Notes under the pieces: generated by a model
What the model saw: only the letters and a program-made list of their open reading frames with translations
Databases searched by the model: none
Told to the model about the DNA's origin: nothing
NCBI GenBank assembly: GCA_002245135.1
Contig: NGBS01000871.1
Coordinates: 434,001-498,000 of the forward strand
DNA from: Proteromonas lacertae
Lineage: Eukaryota
Direction of reading: 5' to 3'
DNA: 64,000 nt
Position numbers and translations under genes: made by a program
Part shown: positions 60,579-64,000 of the stretch, in pieces
Layout of the letters: every line of letters begins with the position of its first letter
Position numbering within the stretch: position 1 is the first letter of the stretch

Positions 60579-63500
60579 TTATGAAAAATAGGAATGTCCT
60601 GCACTACTATCTTCAAATTCACACAACAAATCTTCAGAAAACACTTCAGTACATCTACTCCAATTCTCTTGATTAGCTGTTTTAAATGCAGTTATCCATT
60701 TAGTTGCTATATCTTTAATAGGTGATGGATAAGAAGTAGCCTGGAATAGGATTTCTAGAATAGTTGAATTATTCTCATCAATTTCAGTTATATTCAAATA
60801 CAGCAAAGCACATAAGCTAATAATATTGCCATGCATCTTATTGATCCATTCTGTATCTTTCTTATTTACACTCTTTTGTAACTTGTTAAAATCTTTTTTA
60901 TATTTTTGAATTACGTTACTTATACCTTTTTCACTATAACTTGCTGATATTGAGAACACTAAATCTAAGCAATTGTTTCTTACTTCAATATCACTATCAT
61001 TGAGTGCTGTTTCAGTGTATTTTAATAGTTTATTATTAAAATCAACTTCCTTTTTATAATCACGATAAACTATAAAACATAATAAATGATTAAAATAATT
61101 ATACAAACTGAAAGTGTATAGGAATTGGTGATTAGGTTTCTTCTGACAGATGGAGAACTAGATTTCAATAATTCGTAAAAAGCAAAAATTAAAGTTAAAG
61201 AAATAATAATAGAATATAGAAAAAATAGGATATTTCAAATAATTTCCAAAATTCATCATTTGGATAATAACATCCCATTCTTTTAAAGTAATCATCAGGA
61301 GATAGCATATCATTTACATCCATCTAAATAATAATAATAATAATAAATATACATTTGATCTAACAGCAGCAACTAATAATTCATTAACAAAAGGTAATGG
61401 CCTTAATATTGGAGATGGAATTGGTAAAGTTTTGGAGATTAAACTAACCAATTTATTATCTTCACCTCTATTTTATATAATTAATAATAATATATAATAC
61501 TCTGTAAATGTGTCAAATGAATCGATATGTGTATATTTCTTATTATATTCAACCACTTCATCTTTTATCCAATTTAAAATTGAAGTTACTTTTTGAGTAA
61601 ATGAGTTTTCTTCACTTCCTTTTAAGTAAAAAGTAGTTGAACAAATTGATATAACAGAACTCCATGCACATTGTAAAACTTGATTATTTTCGCTTTTCAA
61701 ATACTCTTGAATAATATCCAACAAATATTCACCCAAATCACACAATTCCTTTGGATATTTATAAGCCAATTGCATTAATGAATAATATAAATATATTAAA
61801 CACTTCAAATAAGCAACTTGTTGAATTACTGTTGTTTTTTTATCAGTTAAACTCTTCAATAGTTGACATATATGCATTATTAACTCAGTAAAACATAATT
61901 TTGGTATTACACCTTCGTAGGAGAAAATATTTACTAAAATATCTTCAAAAACTTGAGCTTTGGAAATAAACAAGTCAAAAAATTCACAGTATTTTTGATA
62001 GAACAATTTTTGCTCATTTTCATCAGATATATTGATTGAATAATCAAATAATCCTTTCATTACTGAAGCAATCACTCTACATCTCTTTTCATTCACTGAA
62101 ACTTCAAATAATTTCTTTGTTCCTTCATATAATACATTCTCTAATTCATTTCCTCCACATATTTTCAATAATCGTCTAAATGCAGTAGACCAAGTTAAAA
62201 TGATTGAAAATCCTTTATTACTGTATTCTATATTATCCATTCTACATATTTCATTCATTAATGTTGATGCAACTCGTGATAATTCTAAACCAGTAAAATG
62301 ATCTGGAGCTTCATATTCTTCTTTATAATTCTCATGGAAAACATCAGCAAAATTCTATATGCATACATAATAATAATTATTATTATATAAACATACTTCA
62401 AATAAGTGTAACCAAGTATTAGGATTCAAATAGAATGATTTTAACTTCTCACCAAACGTATTTGGATAATATTCAGCTATCATACTGGAGAATAAGAAAC
62501 AAGCTAATCGAATATTCATATTATCACAGTTCAATCCATCATAGATCACATCTCCAATACATATGTTTGGTTCAATACCTGATTGTAATAAGTAATACAT
62601 TGATAATATCCTCTAATAATATGATATATATAGTAAAGAAATATATATATATTTATATAATACATTCAATTGATATAACCAAGTTTGTGATTTAAAATCA
62701 ATAGATAATTGTTTCATTAATTCTTGATACTCTTCAACGTGATGTAATGCAGATGGCATTCTAAATTAAATAAAAATAAAATAAAAACAATTATTAAAAA
62801 TAGATACGTTTTGTAAAATACTTGAAGATATATTCCCAAGTAATAATTTTCAGCTGCTTCTCTATCATGTTGTTTGAAATTGGTTAATAATTCAGGAATA
62901 TTCAATTGTAATAAAATAAACATTTTATAAACTGGAAATGTGTAAATACAATCTAATGTAATAGCAACCAGTAAACTATATATATATATATATATATTAT
63001 ATAAATATACTTTATCAATGCAACAGCATCAATCTTTTTGATTGTTTTAATATGATTTACAATGTCTTTTTCAATATCCTATATATAATAATGTATATAT
63101 AAAGAATACAGGAATTTCATTAGATATTAACGATATAATTTGACTTACTTGACACAAATCTTCCCTTTGAATACTTGTAGTAGTTCCAATTCTCAAAATA
63201 TCAATCAAAAACGGATATAAATTTTGAACAAATTCTTTATATTCATCAGTTGGATGTAAATGTAAATACTTGGTAATAATATGAACGCCATAATCATAGG
63301 TTGAGTCTACTAATGACATTCCATATTTATTCCAATCGTATATAGTGACAGCTTCCCATGGCCTAATATCATACTCTTTACTTTTCATATCAAATTCATA
63401 AGCACTTCGATAATAATCATTTCTATTGATTGATGGTATTGGATACTGATAAATAGGTAAATCAGCATTACTGTCAATTAAACTAGTACATAGTTGGAAT

Positions 63501-64000
63501 AATGATTTTAAGATAACTTCAGAAAGCAATTCATTCTTAGAGATAAAATCAAATGCTTTGTGAATACAATCGAATAAATCTTTACTTAGTTTTAATACAT
63601 TTGTTGGAATAGTTCTATAGTTACAAAATGTTTCAAATTCAGGATGTAAGGTGATTAATATTGAATTTGTATCGAAACACAGTGCTGAGTCAAGGATTGT
63701 AATACTGTCTTCCCATTGTCTTCTGTCAGTTACATCTATTTTGTACAAAATAAAATATTTTAGTTTATATATATACTGTTTAAAATGAGATTATTAGTGA
63801 TATTATACATTTGTGGATAGATATAATGTAAAACAATATCGTCTAATACTCTCTTATAATTCTCATAATCATTTTCAATAGTTACTTTTATTATATCAGT
63901 TGGATTAGTGAATTTTTGACCAAATTTTGCTGTTTTTATATATCTGTTATTCATATTTAAATCTAAAACACCTTTTGCCACTGAATTTAACAAGTCTAAA
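60579..64000 (-). CDS. PSME4: Proteasome activator PA200/Blm10-like HEAT protein, C-terminal part (5'-partial); multi-exon
   Basis: HEAT-like helices; C-terminal ALNDSDIEVR..HGNIISLCALL..FKTANQENW..F......SYFS, typical of the PA200 C-terminal domain. Confidence 0.75.
61175..61233 (-). other. U12-type (minor spliceosome) AT-AC intron, 59 nt
   Basis: Minus strand: 5' ATATCCTA, branch TTCTTTAAC (+ strand 61194-61202), 3' ..TTTTAC; removal gives in-frame DEFWKLFE|ELLKSSSPSVR. Confidence 0.88.

Noticed and set aside
63079..63109. GTATTCTTT donor resembling a GT-AG U12 site (also GTATCTAT near 62807)
   Set aside because: No TTCYTTAAY branch sequence, and the length is typical of major introns here.
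1..64000. Alternative genetic code or poly(A)-created stop codons explaining the fragmented ORFs
   Set aside because: The fragments are explained by short introns, and all complete genes end in encoded TAA/TAG.

Overview
Very AT-rich, gene-dense eukaryotic (protist) genomic DNA read with the standard code. Short GT-AG introns (~26-45 nt), AT-AC minor introns, a TGTTTGTT element after several stop codons and a huge putative-Ig surface protein point to a Blastocystis-like stramenopile (inference). There are about 23 protein genes. In order: a partial midasin-like AAA+/double-vWA protein, a degenerate PRPP-synthetase paralog with a bipartite mitochondrial presequence, a polycystin-1/REJ-like protein with an embedded tetraspanin-like cassette, a GPI-type degenerate EEP protein, an M18BP1/KNL2-like protein and an LRR protein. 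Next is a quasi-palindromic cluster of five cathepsin-L-like genes (1295-bp inverted duplication, mosaic paralogs) around a cytosolic carboxypeptidase. Then come an IQ/EF/Zn-finger protein, a myristoylated pseudokinase, a coiled-coil protein, a GT92, a histidine acid phosphatase, a mitochondrial SerRS and a hAT-like relic beside a kinase pseudogene. The window ends with a ~3900-aa PA14/Ig adhesin, a tandem Crinkler/RHS-type NTPase gene, a GST, a DHHC palmitoyltransferase and a partial PA200. The best-supported features that the ORF track misses are two U12-type AT-AC introns. All gene models and domain calls were made by eye, with no database search.
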